Origin: an uncultured Eubacteriales bacterium
Lineage (GTDB): Bacteria > Bacillota > Clostridia > Oscillospirales > Oscillospiraceae
Length of the DNA stretch: 64,000 bases
Direction of reading: 5' to 3'
Assembly: GCA_949744075.1 (NCBI GenBank)
Contig: CATJWI010000115.1
Coordinates: forward strand, 676 to 64,675
Each line of letters begins with the position of its first letter. Positions within the stretch are counted from its first letter, which is position 1. Under the pieces are notes generated by a model. It worked only from the letters and a program-made list of their open reading frames with translations. It was not told the origin of the DNA and ran no database searches. Below, in pieces: positions 18,277 through 26,986 of the stretch. The position numbers and the translations under genes are program-made.

Positions 18277-19031
18277 CCTGTAAACCTCCTCTCCAGGAAT
18301 TTTACCGCCTGCTCAAAGATCAGGCCGATGATACCTACTACGATGATGCCCATGAGCATGGTGCCCATGTCGTACTGTCCGCTGGAGCGCTGGATCATGG
18401 TACCCAGGCCCTTGGAGGCCCCCGTCAGCTCGGCGGCGATGAGGGTGGTCAGCGAGGCGGACAAGCCCAGCCGGGCCGCCACCAGGATGAAGGGGGAGGA
18501 GGCCGGGATGATGACCTTGAAGAAGATGTCCGTCTGCTTGGCCCCCAGCACCCGGGCGGCCTTGATGAGGGTCAGGTCCACGTTGCGCACCCCCTGGTAG
18601 ATGGTGACCACCATCACCAGGAAGGAGGCGATGAAAATGACGATGACCTTGGAGGACTCCCCCACGCCGGCGGCCACGATGACCATATAGATATAGGCCA
18701 GGGGCGGGATGTTCCGCACGAACTGGATCCAGGGCTCCACAATGTGGCGGAAGGGGTCGTACCACACCATGAGAAAGGCGATGGGCACAGCGCACACAAA
18801 GGCCAGGCCAAAGCCGGTGATCACCCGGAAGAGGCTGGCGCTGATGTGGGCCGGCAGGGTGCCGTCCTGCATCTTCATCAGGAACTTGTCAATGGTCACC
18901 GCCGGGGTAGCGAAGACACTGCTGGCCGTCTGAGAAAGGAAAAGCCAGAGCAGTATCGCCGTTCCGAAGGAAATAAGCAGCCACACCCAGTGGGGGATCC
19001 TGCTCCAGAATGTTGATTTTTTCAACTTCAT
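18252..19031 (-). CDS. ABC permease, TauC/SsuC type
   Basis: SLFRV..GF, IPPLA, AARVLGA EAA loop, IAAELTG..GLG. Confidence 0.92.
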   Translation of the reverse strand: MKLKKSTFWSRIPHWVWLLISFGTAILLWLFLSQTASSVFATPAVTIDKFLMKMQDGTLPAHISASLFRVITGFGLAFVCAVPIAFLMVWYDPFRHIVEPWIQFVRNIPPLAYIYMVIVAAGVGESSKVIVIFIASFLVMVVTIYQGVRNVDLTLIKAARVLGAKQTDIFFKVIIPASSPFILVAARLGLSASLTTLIAAELTGASKGLGTMIQRSSGQYDMGTMLMGIIVVGIIGLIFEQAVKFLERRFTGWQETVQQ

Positions 19032-19063
19032 ATTCCACCCTCCTTATCTAACTTCCATACTTG

Positions 19064-19111
19064 GATTATACCAAACTCTCCGGCGCGAAAAAGTATGATT
19101 TTTTATCATAC
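19064..19111 (-). promoter_or_regulatory. Promoter of the ABC operon with a 7-5-7 inverted-repeat operator
   Basis: Extended -10 TGGTATAAT; GTATGAT-N5-ATCATAC at 19093-19111. Confidence 0.55.
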
Positions 19112-19141
19112 CCTTCTCTTTCCCCCTCCATTCCTTTTTTC

Positions 19142-19173
19142 AAAAAAAGAGGGAGCCCCCAGGGCTCCCTCTT
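19142..19173 (-). terminator. Rho-independent terminator after the MurNAc operon
   Basis: AAGAGGGAGCCC-loop-GGGCTCCCTCTT followed by a T tract on the minus strand. Confidence 0.75.
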
Positions 19174-19186
19174 CTCATATTGCCGC

Positions 19187-20086
19187 TTAAAGCAGGCTGC
19201 GGATATAGTCCGCCGCGCCGTCCATGGGCTCCCGGCGGGACAGGAAGACCTCCGCCCTGGGGAAGCGGCTCTCCAGGGCTTTTTTGCAGCAGATCCATGC
19301 CGCTGCGCCGCTCTGCATCACGCCCCCGGTAACGCCCAGGGGAAATAGGCCCCTGCCGGAAAGGCCCAGCTGCTCCGCGCAGGCCTCTGCCTGGTCCGCC
19401 AGGTCCGCCGCCGCCTGCTCCAAAATTTTCAGGACCTGCTCCTCTCCCTGCTCGGCCAGGGCTGCCGCCACGGGGCAAAGGGCCGCTATTCGGGCCGGGG
19501 GCAGACCCTCTTTTTCCGTCTGGAGGCCCTTTACCTCCTCCAGAGCGCTCACTTTCAGGGCCTTTTCCACCGCTTGAAGCAGTCGGTCTTCTTTCTGTCC
19601 CCGGTCAAAGCGTCTGGCCGCCTCTTGAAGGAGCCCTAACCCTATGGCATAACCGCTGCCCCGGTCGCCCAGGGCGGCTCCCCAGCCCCCTGTCATGGCC
19701 TCTTTCCCCTGAAAACGGCCCCGGACAAAGGAGCCGGTGCCGCTGAGGGCCACCATGCCGTCCCGGGGGCCCAGGGCGGCCCAGAGGGCGGCCTCGGCGT
19801 CGCTGCGGACCTCCGCCGGAAAGGGAAAAGCTCCCTTCAAAACATCCTTTGTCCGCCACAGCACTGGGACGAAAAAGGCCCCCCGGCTGATTTCCGAAAG
19901 GCCGATCCCCCCGGCTCGGGCTGCCTCCGCCGTTCCTTTTTGAAGGAGGGCCACGGCGGCCTCCACCCCGATGGCCGTTGGGTTGGAGCCGGGCAGGGTG
20001 ACCTCGGAGACCGTCTCCCCCCCGCCGTCCAGCAGGCGGAATTTGGTCTTGGTCCCCCCGCCGTCCGCCGCCACATAGTAGGCCAT
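19187..20086 (-). CDS. BadF/BadG/BcrA/BcrD-family amino-sugar kinase (MurK/GlcNAc kinase-like)
   Basis: DGGGTKT, SDA, SGTGS, GGWG..LGDRGSGY. Confidence 0.85.
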   Translation of the reverse strand: MAYYVAADGGGTKTKFRLLDGGGETVSEVTLPGSNPTAIGVEAAVALLQKGTAEAARAGGIGLSEISRGAFFVPVLWRTKDVLKGAFPFPAEVRSDAEAALWAALGPRDGMVALSGTGSFVRGRFQGKEAMTGGWGAALGDRGSGYAIGLGLLQEAARRFDRGQKEDRLLQAVEKALKVSALEEVKGLQTEKEGLPPARIAALCPVAAALAEQGEEQVLKILEQAAADLADQAEACAEQLGLSGRGLFPLGVTGGVMQSGAAAWICCKKALESRFPRAEVFLSRREPMDGAADYIRSLL

Positions 20087-20097
20087 AGACACTCCTC

Positions 20098-21201
20098 CTA
20101 TCTCAGGGCCCGGAGGGCCGCCAGCTCCTCCCCCACCCGCCGGGCCACATCGGCCCGGGGCAGGAAGGAGGCCTGGTAGTTGTATAGGCTATACCCGGCA
20201 TAGTGTTTTGTCTTTCGGGCGCAGGACACCATATTTGCCAAGGTCTCCCGGCCCCGGAGCCACTCCTCGTTCCCCGGCCCGGCATGGAGGTCCCGGCGGC
20301 CCAGCTTATAGACCGCCAGCCCCGCCAGCAGGTCAATATCCCGGTCCCCGATGAGCTTGTCGTACTCCTCCATCACCGCCGGGAAGGACCAGACCTCGTC
20401 GGTCATGGCGAAGTAGGCCTGGGGACAGATATAGTCCACATAGCCCTCTTTTGAGAGGATGCCGGGCACGTCCAGGAACTCCTCTTCTAAATTGCACTCC
20501 ATGAATCCCTTGGGGCTGACGCCGAAGCGGGCGCAGCCCGCGGCGTGGACAGCGGCGCGGCACTCTTTTAAAAACAGCTTCACGTTCTGCCGCCGCCAGG
20601 CCTTTTGAGACAGGCCGCCCCCCGGCAGCTTATAGCGGCAGAAGCCGTCCATGTCGAAGTCCGGATCGGTGGTGGGGTAGAAGTAGTCGTCAAAGTGGAC
20701 TCCGTCCACCGGGTAGTTTTCGCAAATTTCCCGCACCCCCGCCACGATCCGCTCCCGGGCCCGCTCCGACCCCGGGTCGTAGGTCAGGCCCCCCCGGTAC
20801 TCGATGACGTCCCCCATCTCCCGCAGGGCCAGGGCCGGGTTGTCCCGGCACAACTCCGCGCTGACGGCGGCCATCCCCGGGGCCCGGACCCGGAAAGGGT
20901 TCACCCAGGCTTCGATCGCCAGCCCCCGTCCGTGGGCCTCCTCTATCATGAGCTCCAGGGGGTCGAAGGGGGCCGGGTCCCCCTCCGTCCCTGTAATGAG
21001 GTGGGAGGTAGGAAAGAACTGCGAAGGGTAGAGCGCGTCCCCGAAGGGCCGCACATGGACAAAGAGCCGGTTTAGCCCCTGCGCCGCCGCGGCGTCGAAG
21101 CGGGCCTTGACCTGATCTCGGAAGTCCTCCCGGCTTCTGCCTGTCAACATATCCCGAAGGTCCATGAAGGGCAGCCAGACCGCCTTTGTCTCCTGTTTCA
21201 A
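20098..21201 (-). CDS. GHL10 / DUF187-type glycoside hydrolase, no signal peptide
   Basis: TTG start overlapping the murQ stop; KAVW, HVRPFGDALYPS, FDPL, AWVNPFR, DGVHFDDYFY, FGVSP, DYICPQAY. Confidence 0.83.
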   Translation of the reverse strand: MKQETKAVWLPFMDLRDMLTGRSREDFRDQVKARFDAAAAQGLNRLFVHVRPFGDALYPSQFFPTSHLITGTEGDPAPFDPLELMIEEAHGRGLAIEAWVNPFRVRAPGMAAVSAELCRDNPALALREMGDVIEYRGGLTYDPGSERARERIVAGVREICENYPVDGVHFDDYFYPTTDPDFDMDGFCRYKLPGGGLSQKAWRRQNVKLFLKECRAAVHAAGCARFGVSPKGFMECNLEEEFLDVPGILSKEGYVDYICPQAYFAMTDEVWSFPAVMEEYDKLIGDRDIDLLAGLAVYKLGRRDLHAGPGNEEWLRGRETLANMVSCARKTKHYAGYSLYNYQASFLPRADVARRVGEELAALRALR

Positions 21202-22112
21202 CTGACTGCCCCTCCCGTCTGGGCCACCGCGTAGCGCACGTGGCCCTGATTTTTCCGCAGCAGCTCCTCCGCCCGCTCCGCGCTCAGGCCGGCCAGCAAC
21301 ATGGTCACTGCCGTCTTGGCGCTGCCCTTTGCCTCCCGCAGGGCGGCGTCCGCCCGCTCGCCGGACACTCCCGCCGCCTGCATCACGATGCTCCGGGCCC
21401 GGGCGTGGAGCTTCTCGTTGGTCTGCACCACGTCCACCATCAGGTTCTCGTACACTTTTCCGCACAGCACCATGGCCGTGGTGGAGATCATGTTCAAGAT
21501 CATCTTCTGGGCCGTCCCCGCCTTGAGCCGGGTGGAGCCGGTGAGCACCTCGGGGCCCACCACCGCCTCAATGGCCAGCTCCGCGGTGCGCCCCATGGGG
21601 GTACGGCGGTTGCATGTGACAGCCACGGTGTGGCACCCCACCGCTTTGGCGTGCTCCAGGGCGGCGCAGACGTAGGGGGTCCTGCCGCTGGCCGCCACGC
21701 CGATGACCAGGTCCGCCGGGGACACCCCCGCCTTCTCCAGGTCCGCCCGTCCGGCGGCCTCGTCGTCCTCCACGCCCTCCGCCGCCCGGAGGAAGGCGCC
21801 GGGGCCGCCGGCCATGAGGGCGATGACCTGGTCCTCGGGGACCCCGAAGGTGGGCACGCACTCCACCGCGTCCAGCACCCCAAGCCGGCCGCTGGTGCCC
21901 GCCCCCACGTAGATGATCCTGCCGCCGCTCAGAATGGCCTTGGCCCCCAGCTCCGCCGCGGCGGCCACCTGGGGCAGGGCTTCCTGCACCGCCTCGGGCA
22001 CCTTTTTGTCCTCCGCGTTCATGATGGCCACGATCTCCCTGGCACTCATCTGGTCCAGGCCGGCCGTCGCCATATTTCGAGCCTCCGTTGTCAGGACTGA
22101 TAAATCAAGCAT
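21198..22112 (-). CDS. murQ: N-acetylmuramic acid 6-phosphate etherase
   Basis: TTEARN, GAGTSGRLGVLDAVECVPTFG, AASGRTPY, GPEVLTGSTRLKAGTAQK. Confidence 0.96.
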   Translation of the reverse strand: MLDLSVLTTEARNMATAGLDQMSAREIVAIMNAEDKKVPEAVQEALPQVAAAAELGAKAILSGGRIIYVGAGTSGRLGVLDAVECVPTFGVPEDQVIALMAGGPGAFLRAAEGVEDDEAAGRADLEKAGVSPADLVIGVAASGRTPYVCAALEHAKAVGCHTVAVTCNRRTPMGRTAELAIEAVVGPEVLTGSTRLKAGTAQKMILNMISTTAMVLCGKVYENLMVDVVQTNEKLHARARSIVMQAAGVSGERADAALREAKGSAKTAVTMLLAGLSAERAEELLRKNQGHVRYAVAQTGGAVS

Positions 22113-22146
22113 ATGCGTATTCCTTTACGGCGGGAACGTTTCCCCG

Positions 22147-22986
22147 CTACTGTTTTTGTATGTACGTCTCTGCCAGCCGCTGCTTAAAGCTGTCGTACCG
22201 CTTATAGGCATAGGCGGTATACAGGATGTCGATCACGTTCATCTGGGCCATCCGGGAGGCCATGGCCCCGCTGCGCAGCACCTGCTCGTTGGAGGGGATA
22301 TAGAGATTGTAGGTGCTCAGCTGGGCCACAGGGGAGGAGTCGTTCTGGGTGATGGCCACCATGGGGCAGCCGTTCCCCTTCAAGATCCGGGCGCACTCCA
22401 CCACCTCCCGGGTCCGGCCCGAGTAGGTGATGAGGATGGCCAGGTCCTCCCGCCCCAGGTTCTGGGCCTGAAGCCGCTGGTTGTGCCAGTCGTCGTTGAA
22501 CACGCAGGGCTTATTGCTGCGCAGCAGCTTCATGTAGGCGTCCCTGGCCACCACCAGCCCCGCCCCCACGCCGAAGAGCCCGATGGTCCTGGCCCCGTCG
22601 ATGAGCTCCACGCACTGGGCCAGGGTCTCCAGGTCGACGAGGTGCAGGGTGTCCTCCAGGGACTTGATATTCATGTGGGTGACCTTGGCGGCCATCTCCT
22701 CCAGGCTGTCCGTCCGGGTGATCTCGGGCACATCCTCCCGGAGGGTCCGCTTGATGACCTCCACCTCTCCCGAGAGGGCCCGGCGGAAGTCCCGGTAGCC
22801 GGAGAAGCCCAGCTTCACGCACAGGCGCACGATGGTGGCCTGGGAGGTATAGGTCTTCTCGCTCAGCTCCTTGATGGTGCAGTCTGCGGCGGCCGCCGGA
22901 TCCTCCAAAATTTGACGGATGACCCCCGCCTCCGTGGGGCTGGCACTGATGGAAAATTCCTGTAGGATCACAAGTGCGTTCTTCAT
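22147..22986 (-). CDS. RpiR/MurR-family transcriptional regulator
   Basis: N-terminal HTH (TSQATIVRLCVKLGFSGY) plus SIS domain. Confidence 0.92.
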   Translation of the reverse strand: MKNALVILQEFSISASPTEAGVIRQILEDPAAAADCTIKELSEKTYTSQATIVRLCVKLGFSGYRDFRRALSGEVEVIKRTLREDVPEITRTDSLEEMAAKVTHMNIKSLEDTLHLVDLETLAQCVELIDGARTIGLFGVGAGLVVARDAYMKLLRSNKPCVFNDDWHNQRLQAQNLGREDLAILITYSGRTREVVECARILKGNGCPMVAITQNDSSPVAQLSTYNLYIPSNEQVLRSGAMASRMAQMNVIDILYTAYAYKRYDSFKQRLAETYIQKQ

Positions 22987-23086
22987 TGGGCCCTTTCCCC
23001 CTTATGATGCGGCTGTCCGGCCTATGGCCGCGTTCCTACCGCTATTCTATCACAAGGGGTCGCTCTCCACAATCCAAAACCACCCG

Positions 23087-24367
23087 TCAGTAGACCAGGT
23101 TGGGGATGAGCAGGGTGATGCCCGGGATGTAGGTCACCAGCAGCAGCACGATGAGGGCCGCGGCGACAAAGGGGAACAGCGCCTTAATGACCCGCTCCGT
23201 GCGCATCTTTAATGTAGAGGAGACGATGTAGATATAGAGCCCGAAGGGGGGCGTGATGGCCCCGATGGCGATGTTCAGGGCGATGATGAGCCCGAACTGG
23301 ATGGGGTCCACCCCCAACTGGATGGCGATGGGGGTAAAGAGGGGGGCCAGGATGATCATGGAGGCCGTGCCGTCCAGGAACATGCCCAGGATGAGGAAGA
23401 GCACGTTGACCATCAGCAGGAACAGGTACTTGTTCCCCGCCACGGCCATCACCAGCTCGCTGAGCTGGGCGGGAATGCGCTCCCAGCTCAGGTAGTAGCT
23501 GAACACGTTGGCCGCGCAGAGGATGATCATCACCGAGGCGGTGGAGCGCACCGCATCCCGGATGATGATGGGGATGTGCCGGGGCTTCAGCTCCCGGTAG
23601 ACCAGAGCGCCCACGATGAGGGAGTAGGCGCACATCAGGGCGCCCCCCTCGGTGGCGGAGAAGATGCCGATGCGCAGGCCCAGGATCAAGCCGAAGGGCA
23701 GGAACAGGGCCCAGAGCCCCTCCTTCAGCAGCCGGCCGATCTCCTGACGGGAGGCCATCTTCTCCCGGGAGGGCTTGAAGCCCCGCTTCCTGGAGATGCG
23801 GTGGACCACAAACATCTGGCTCAGGCACAGCAGAAGCCCCGGCATATACCCGGCGCACAGTAGCTTCCCCGTGGGCAGGCCGCAGAGAAAGGCGAAGACC
23901 ACCAGGGCGATGCTGGGGGGGATGATGGGGGTGATGCAGGCCGAGGCGGCGGTGACCGCCGCGCTGAAGCCCGGGTCGTACCCCCGCTTCTCCATCTCGG
24001 GCACCAGGAGCTTGCACTCCATGGCGGCGTCCGCCGCCCCCGAGCCTGAGACTCCCCCCATCATGGTGGACAGCAGCACGTTGACCTGGCCCAGGCCCCC
24101 CGTCATGTGGCCCACCAGGGCGTCGGCCAGGGCCATGAGCCGGGAGGAGATGCCAGAATAGTTCATGATGGCCCCCGCCATGACGAAGAAGGGAATGGCC
24201 ATCAGGGACACGCTCTCCGAGCTGGACACCATCCGCTGGATGATGATGGTGAGGGACAGGTAGGGGTCCAGGGCAAAGTAGGCGATGACCGAGATAATGA
24301 GGGAAAACCCGATGGGCAGGCCGATGAGGAAGCAAGCCAGCAAAATCACCAGCGGCGTTAAGTTCAT
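23087..24367 (-). CDS. TRAP transporter large permease (DctM)
   Basis: AIPFF..AG, GGVSGSG, IIPPS, ATE, ITPPFG. Confidence 0.95.
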   Translation of the reverse strand: MNLTPLVILLACFLIGLPIGFSLIISVIAYFALDPYLSLTIIIQRMVSSSESVSLMAIPFFVMAGAIMNYSGISSRLMALADALVGHMTGGLGQVNVLLSTMMGGVSGSGAADAAMECKLLVPEMEKRGYDPGFSAAVTAASACITPIIPPSIALVVFAFLCGLPTGKLLCAGYMPGLLLCLSQMFVVHRISRKRGFKPSREKMASRQEIGRLLKEGLWALFLPFGLILGLRIGIFSATEGGALMCAYSLIVGALVYRELKPRHIPIIIRDAVRSTASVMIILCAANVFSYYLSWERIPAQLSELVMAVAGNKYLFLLMVNVLFLILGMFLDGTASMIILAPLFTPIAIQLGVDPIQFGLIIALNIAIGAITPPFGLYIYIVSSTLKMRTERVIKALFPFVAAALIVLLLVTYIPGITLLIPNLVY

Positions 24368-24879
24368 CTCTCCTCCACCTCCTCCCCCTGCTTTTTCACA
24401 AAGATCCTGTCATATTCCTCCGGCCGCCGGAAGGACAGGACCAGGAACCGCAGGGCGTGGACGCTCATGCTGAAAAAGCCCAGGACTACTGAGATGTAGA
24501 GGTAAAAGTAGCTCAGGTGGAGATAGGGGGTGGTCTTCTCCGCCCGCAGGGCGAACTGGGCAGCAAAGGCGGTGATGAACAGGAAAAACACCAGCTGGAT
24601 GACGCACAGCAGTTGCTGGGCCACCCGCCTCCCCCGCTCAGGGAGGTGTCCGATGACAAAGTCCATCCCCAGGTGGGATTGGTTCTTATAGCAGGCCGCG
24701 CAGCCGATGAAGGTAGACCACACCAGGCAGATCACCGCCACCTCCTCCGCCCCCCGGATGGGAGAGCGGAGGAGATAGCGGCACAGCACGTTCACCGTGG
24801 TGACGCTGACCATCACCACCAGCGCGGCCCCCGCCACCAGCTCCTCGATATTTTTGATCAACCACCCCGCCCATTTCAC
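24364..24879 (-). CDS. TRAP transporter small permease (DctQ)
   Basis: 4 TM; RY, EE, HLGMD; start uncertain (GTG 24879 or ATG 24903). Confidence 0.88.
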   Translation of the reverse strand: MKWAGWLIKNIEELVAGAALVVMVSVTTVNVLCRYLLRSPIRGAEEVAVICLVWSTFIGCAACYKNQSHLGMDFVIGHLPERGRRVAQQLLCVIQLVFFLFITAFAAQFALRAEKTTPYLHLSYFYLYISVVLGFFSMSVHALRFLVLSFRRPEEYDRIFVKKQGEEVEER

Positions 24880-24944
24880 GGCAGGACCACCTCTTTTCGC
24901 CATGGGCCCGGGGGCCCTCACCGGGGCCCCGGGCGCCGCTATTT

Positions 24945-25988
24945 TTATTTTCCGATGGCCGCCATGATCTGCTCAAAGATGTCTTCGTCCATGTCGGGGT
25001 AGGCGGCGTAGACCTCCATGGCCGCCTGGGTCATCTTCTGGATATCCTCCCCGGTCCAGTCGATGAAGGTCACGCCCTCCGCCTCCATCTTGGTCCGGTA
25101 ATCCGCCATGCTGTCGGCGCAGGCCTTGGTGTAGAGGTCGCCGGCGTAGACCGAGCCGTCCACCAGGGCCTTCTGCTGCTTTTCGCTCAGGGACTCAAAG
25201 ATGTCCGTGTTCATGCACAGCAGGGCGGGAGCCAGGCAGTGGTTGGACAGGGCCACGTACTTGGCCACCTCATAGAGGCTGTAGGAGTAGAGGGTCCCCA
25301 GGGGGGCCTCCACCGCCTCCACGATGCCCGAGTCCAAGCCGGAGTACACGTCGTTGAAGGTCATGGTCACCGGGGAGGCACCCGCCGCCGAGAAGAAGGT
25401 GGCGTAAGTAGAGGCGGGCACCCGCACCAGCAGGTTGGCCAGATCCTCGTAGTGGTTCAGGGGCTTCACCGACATGATCTGCCGGGGGGTGGTGACCCAG
25501 TTCATGCTGAGCACCGTCACCCCATTGGCCGCCACGTTGTCGCACATCTGGGCGTAGAGGTCGGACTGGGTGAAGGTGTTGACCTCCTCGGCACTCTGAA
25601 AGGTGTAGAAGATGCCCACGGCTGTAAAGTTGGGGTCGCCGTAATCCCCCAAGCCGTCGCCGGCGTTGCTGAGGATCATGTTGGCCCCCTGGGAAATGGA
25701 TTCGCATACATCGGCGTTGGAGCCCAGCTCGTTGCCCGGGTAGAGTTCAATGGTGATGGTGCCGCCGGACTCCTTCTCCACATATTCCTTGAAGGCTTCC
25801 ATGGCGTCATACTTGGGGTCCCCCTGGGATTCGGCAAAGGAGACCTTCAGGGTCACCGCCTTGTCCTGGGGGGCCTCCTGGGAGGGCTGGGGCGGGGCGC
25901 TGTTCTCCGGCTTTCCCCCCTGGCCGCCGCAGGCCGCCAGGGCCAGGGTCATGGCAAGGGCAAGCAACAGTGCTGTCAGCTTTTTCAT
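24945..25988 (-). CDS. TRAP substrate-binding lipoprotein (DctP)
   Basis: MKKLT..LAAC lipobox; YPGNELG, LLVRVP, DVYSGLDSGIVEAVE, SNH. Confidence 0.92.
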   Translation of the reverse strand: MKKLTALLLALAMTLALAACGGQGGKPENSAPPQPSQEAPQDKAVTLKVSFAESQGDPKYDAMEAFKEYVEKESGGTITIELYPGNELGSNADVCESISQGANMILSNAGDGLGDYGDPNFTAVGIFYTFQSAEEVNTFTQSDLYAQMCDNVAANGVTVLSMNWVTTPRQIMSVKPLNHYEDLANLLVRVPASTYATFFSAAGASPVTMTFNDVYSGLDSGIVEAVEAPLGTLYSYSLYEVAKYVALSNHCLAPALLCMNTDIFESLSEKQQKALVDGSVYAGDLYTKACADSMADYRTKMEAEGVTFIDWTGEDIQKMTQAAMEVYAAYPDMDEDIFEQIMAAIGK

Positions 25989-26097
25989 TTCGGTATTCTC
26001 TCCTTTTTCATAGATTCGCAAGATGGTGCAGGCTCTTTCCTGCTCTTCTCTGATTATATCGGCATCCCCTTCCCGGCGCAATCCGATGGGGGAGAAA

Positions 26098-26112
26098 TGA
26101 AATTTAGTTTCA
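26098..26112. promoter_or_regulatory. Candidate RpiR/MurR operator upstream of dctP
   Basis: Palindrome TGAAA-TTTAG-TTTCA. Confidence 0.45.
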
Positions 26113-26347
26113 CAATTTGGCACTTCTCTTGTGCAAAAGGCCGGAAAAGGCTCCTTTCTCTTTCAGCTTTTTATCCTTTTTGATGGTCACACTTTCCCGC
26201 CCGCCGGGCTTTTGATCTCCTCCAGGTGCTCCAAACAGCTCCGGGTCCCATTCCTCCGGCACATGGCGCACCGGGCCCCTCCCCCGCTCGGTCAGGGGGA
26301 GGCCGTATTCACCAGGGCTCTTTTCGCGGCGCGAAAAGGGCCAAAAA

Positions 26348-26390
26348 AGAAGGGCAGGGCAGACCCACTGGGGTCTGCCCTGCCCTTTTT
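26348..26390. terminator. Rho-independent terminator (probably bidirectional)
   Basis: AAGGGCAGGGCAGACCC-loop-GGGTCTGCCCTGCCCTT with A/T flanks. Confidence 0.75.
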
Positions 26391-26392
26391 CA

Positions 26393-26905
26393 CTATGATC
26401 TCTTTTTTCGTGTCATATAGGCCCCCACTATGGAGGCAATGAGGACAAAGGGCGCTGCTCTGACGAAGGCCCACTCGAGGGCGTGGAGCGCCACTCCCAT
26501 TACCGCGGTTTCGGGCCGGCTGTAGTCCCAACTTAGGTAGGGGCTGTTGAATAGGGTCAGCGCCCCAAAAGCGGCCGCTGTGGCCACGCACAACAGGATG
26601 AAGAACCCATGGAGCGTTTTTTGTCCCCTTTCCTTTCTGCGGGCAAGCTGTAGGTTTATGACCTCCAGCTTTTCGGAGATCGCTTTCAGATCGTCGGCCG
26701 GCGTTTCGGTAAGGGTTTCTCCAAGCAGGGTGCTTACCGGCATCTCAAATACCTCTGATATGGCGATCAGCATGTCGGCGTCGGGGACCGACAGGCCCTG
26801 CTCCCATTTGGAGACCGTTTGACGTACCACATTCAGCTTGAGCGCAAGCTCCTCCTGGGAAAGGCCCTTTGATCTTCGGAGCGTTTTGATGTTTTCCTTT
26901 AGCAT
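26393..26905 (-). CDS. XRE-family HTH protein with C-terminal TM segments
   Basis: LRRSKGLSQEELA..VRQTVSKWEQG..PD; 2 TM. Confidence 0.9.
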   Translation of the reverse strand: MLKENIKTLRRSKGLSQEELALKLNVVRQTVSKWEQGLSVPDADMLIAISEVFEMPVSTLLGETLTETPADDLKAISEKLEVINLQLARRKERGQKTLHGFFILLCVATAAAFGALTLFNSPYLSWDYSRPETAVMGVALHALEWAFVRAAPFVLIASIVGAYMTRKKRS

Positions 26906-26986
26906 GGGAACGCCCTCCTTTCGTTGCTATCATACAAGGGAAAGCCCGTTGCGGCAAGCAACGCAAAAGAACATTGGGGTATCCCC

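Noticed and set aside
26118-26132. TGGCAC-N5-TTGT as a sigma-54 promoter
   Set aside because: The -12 GC is missing and it points away from dctP into a region with no credible gene
26131-26340. Possible gene remnant between dctP and the XRE gene
   Set aside because: Short coding-like stretches but no recognisable family, start or RBS
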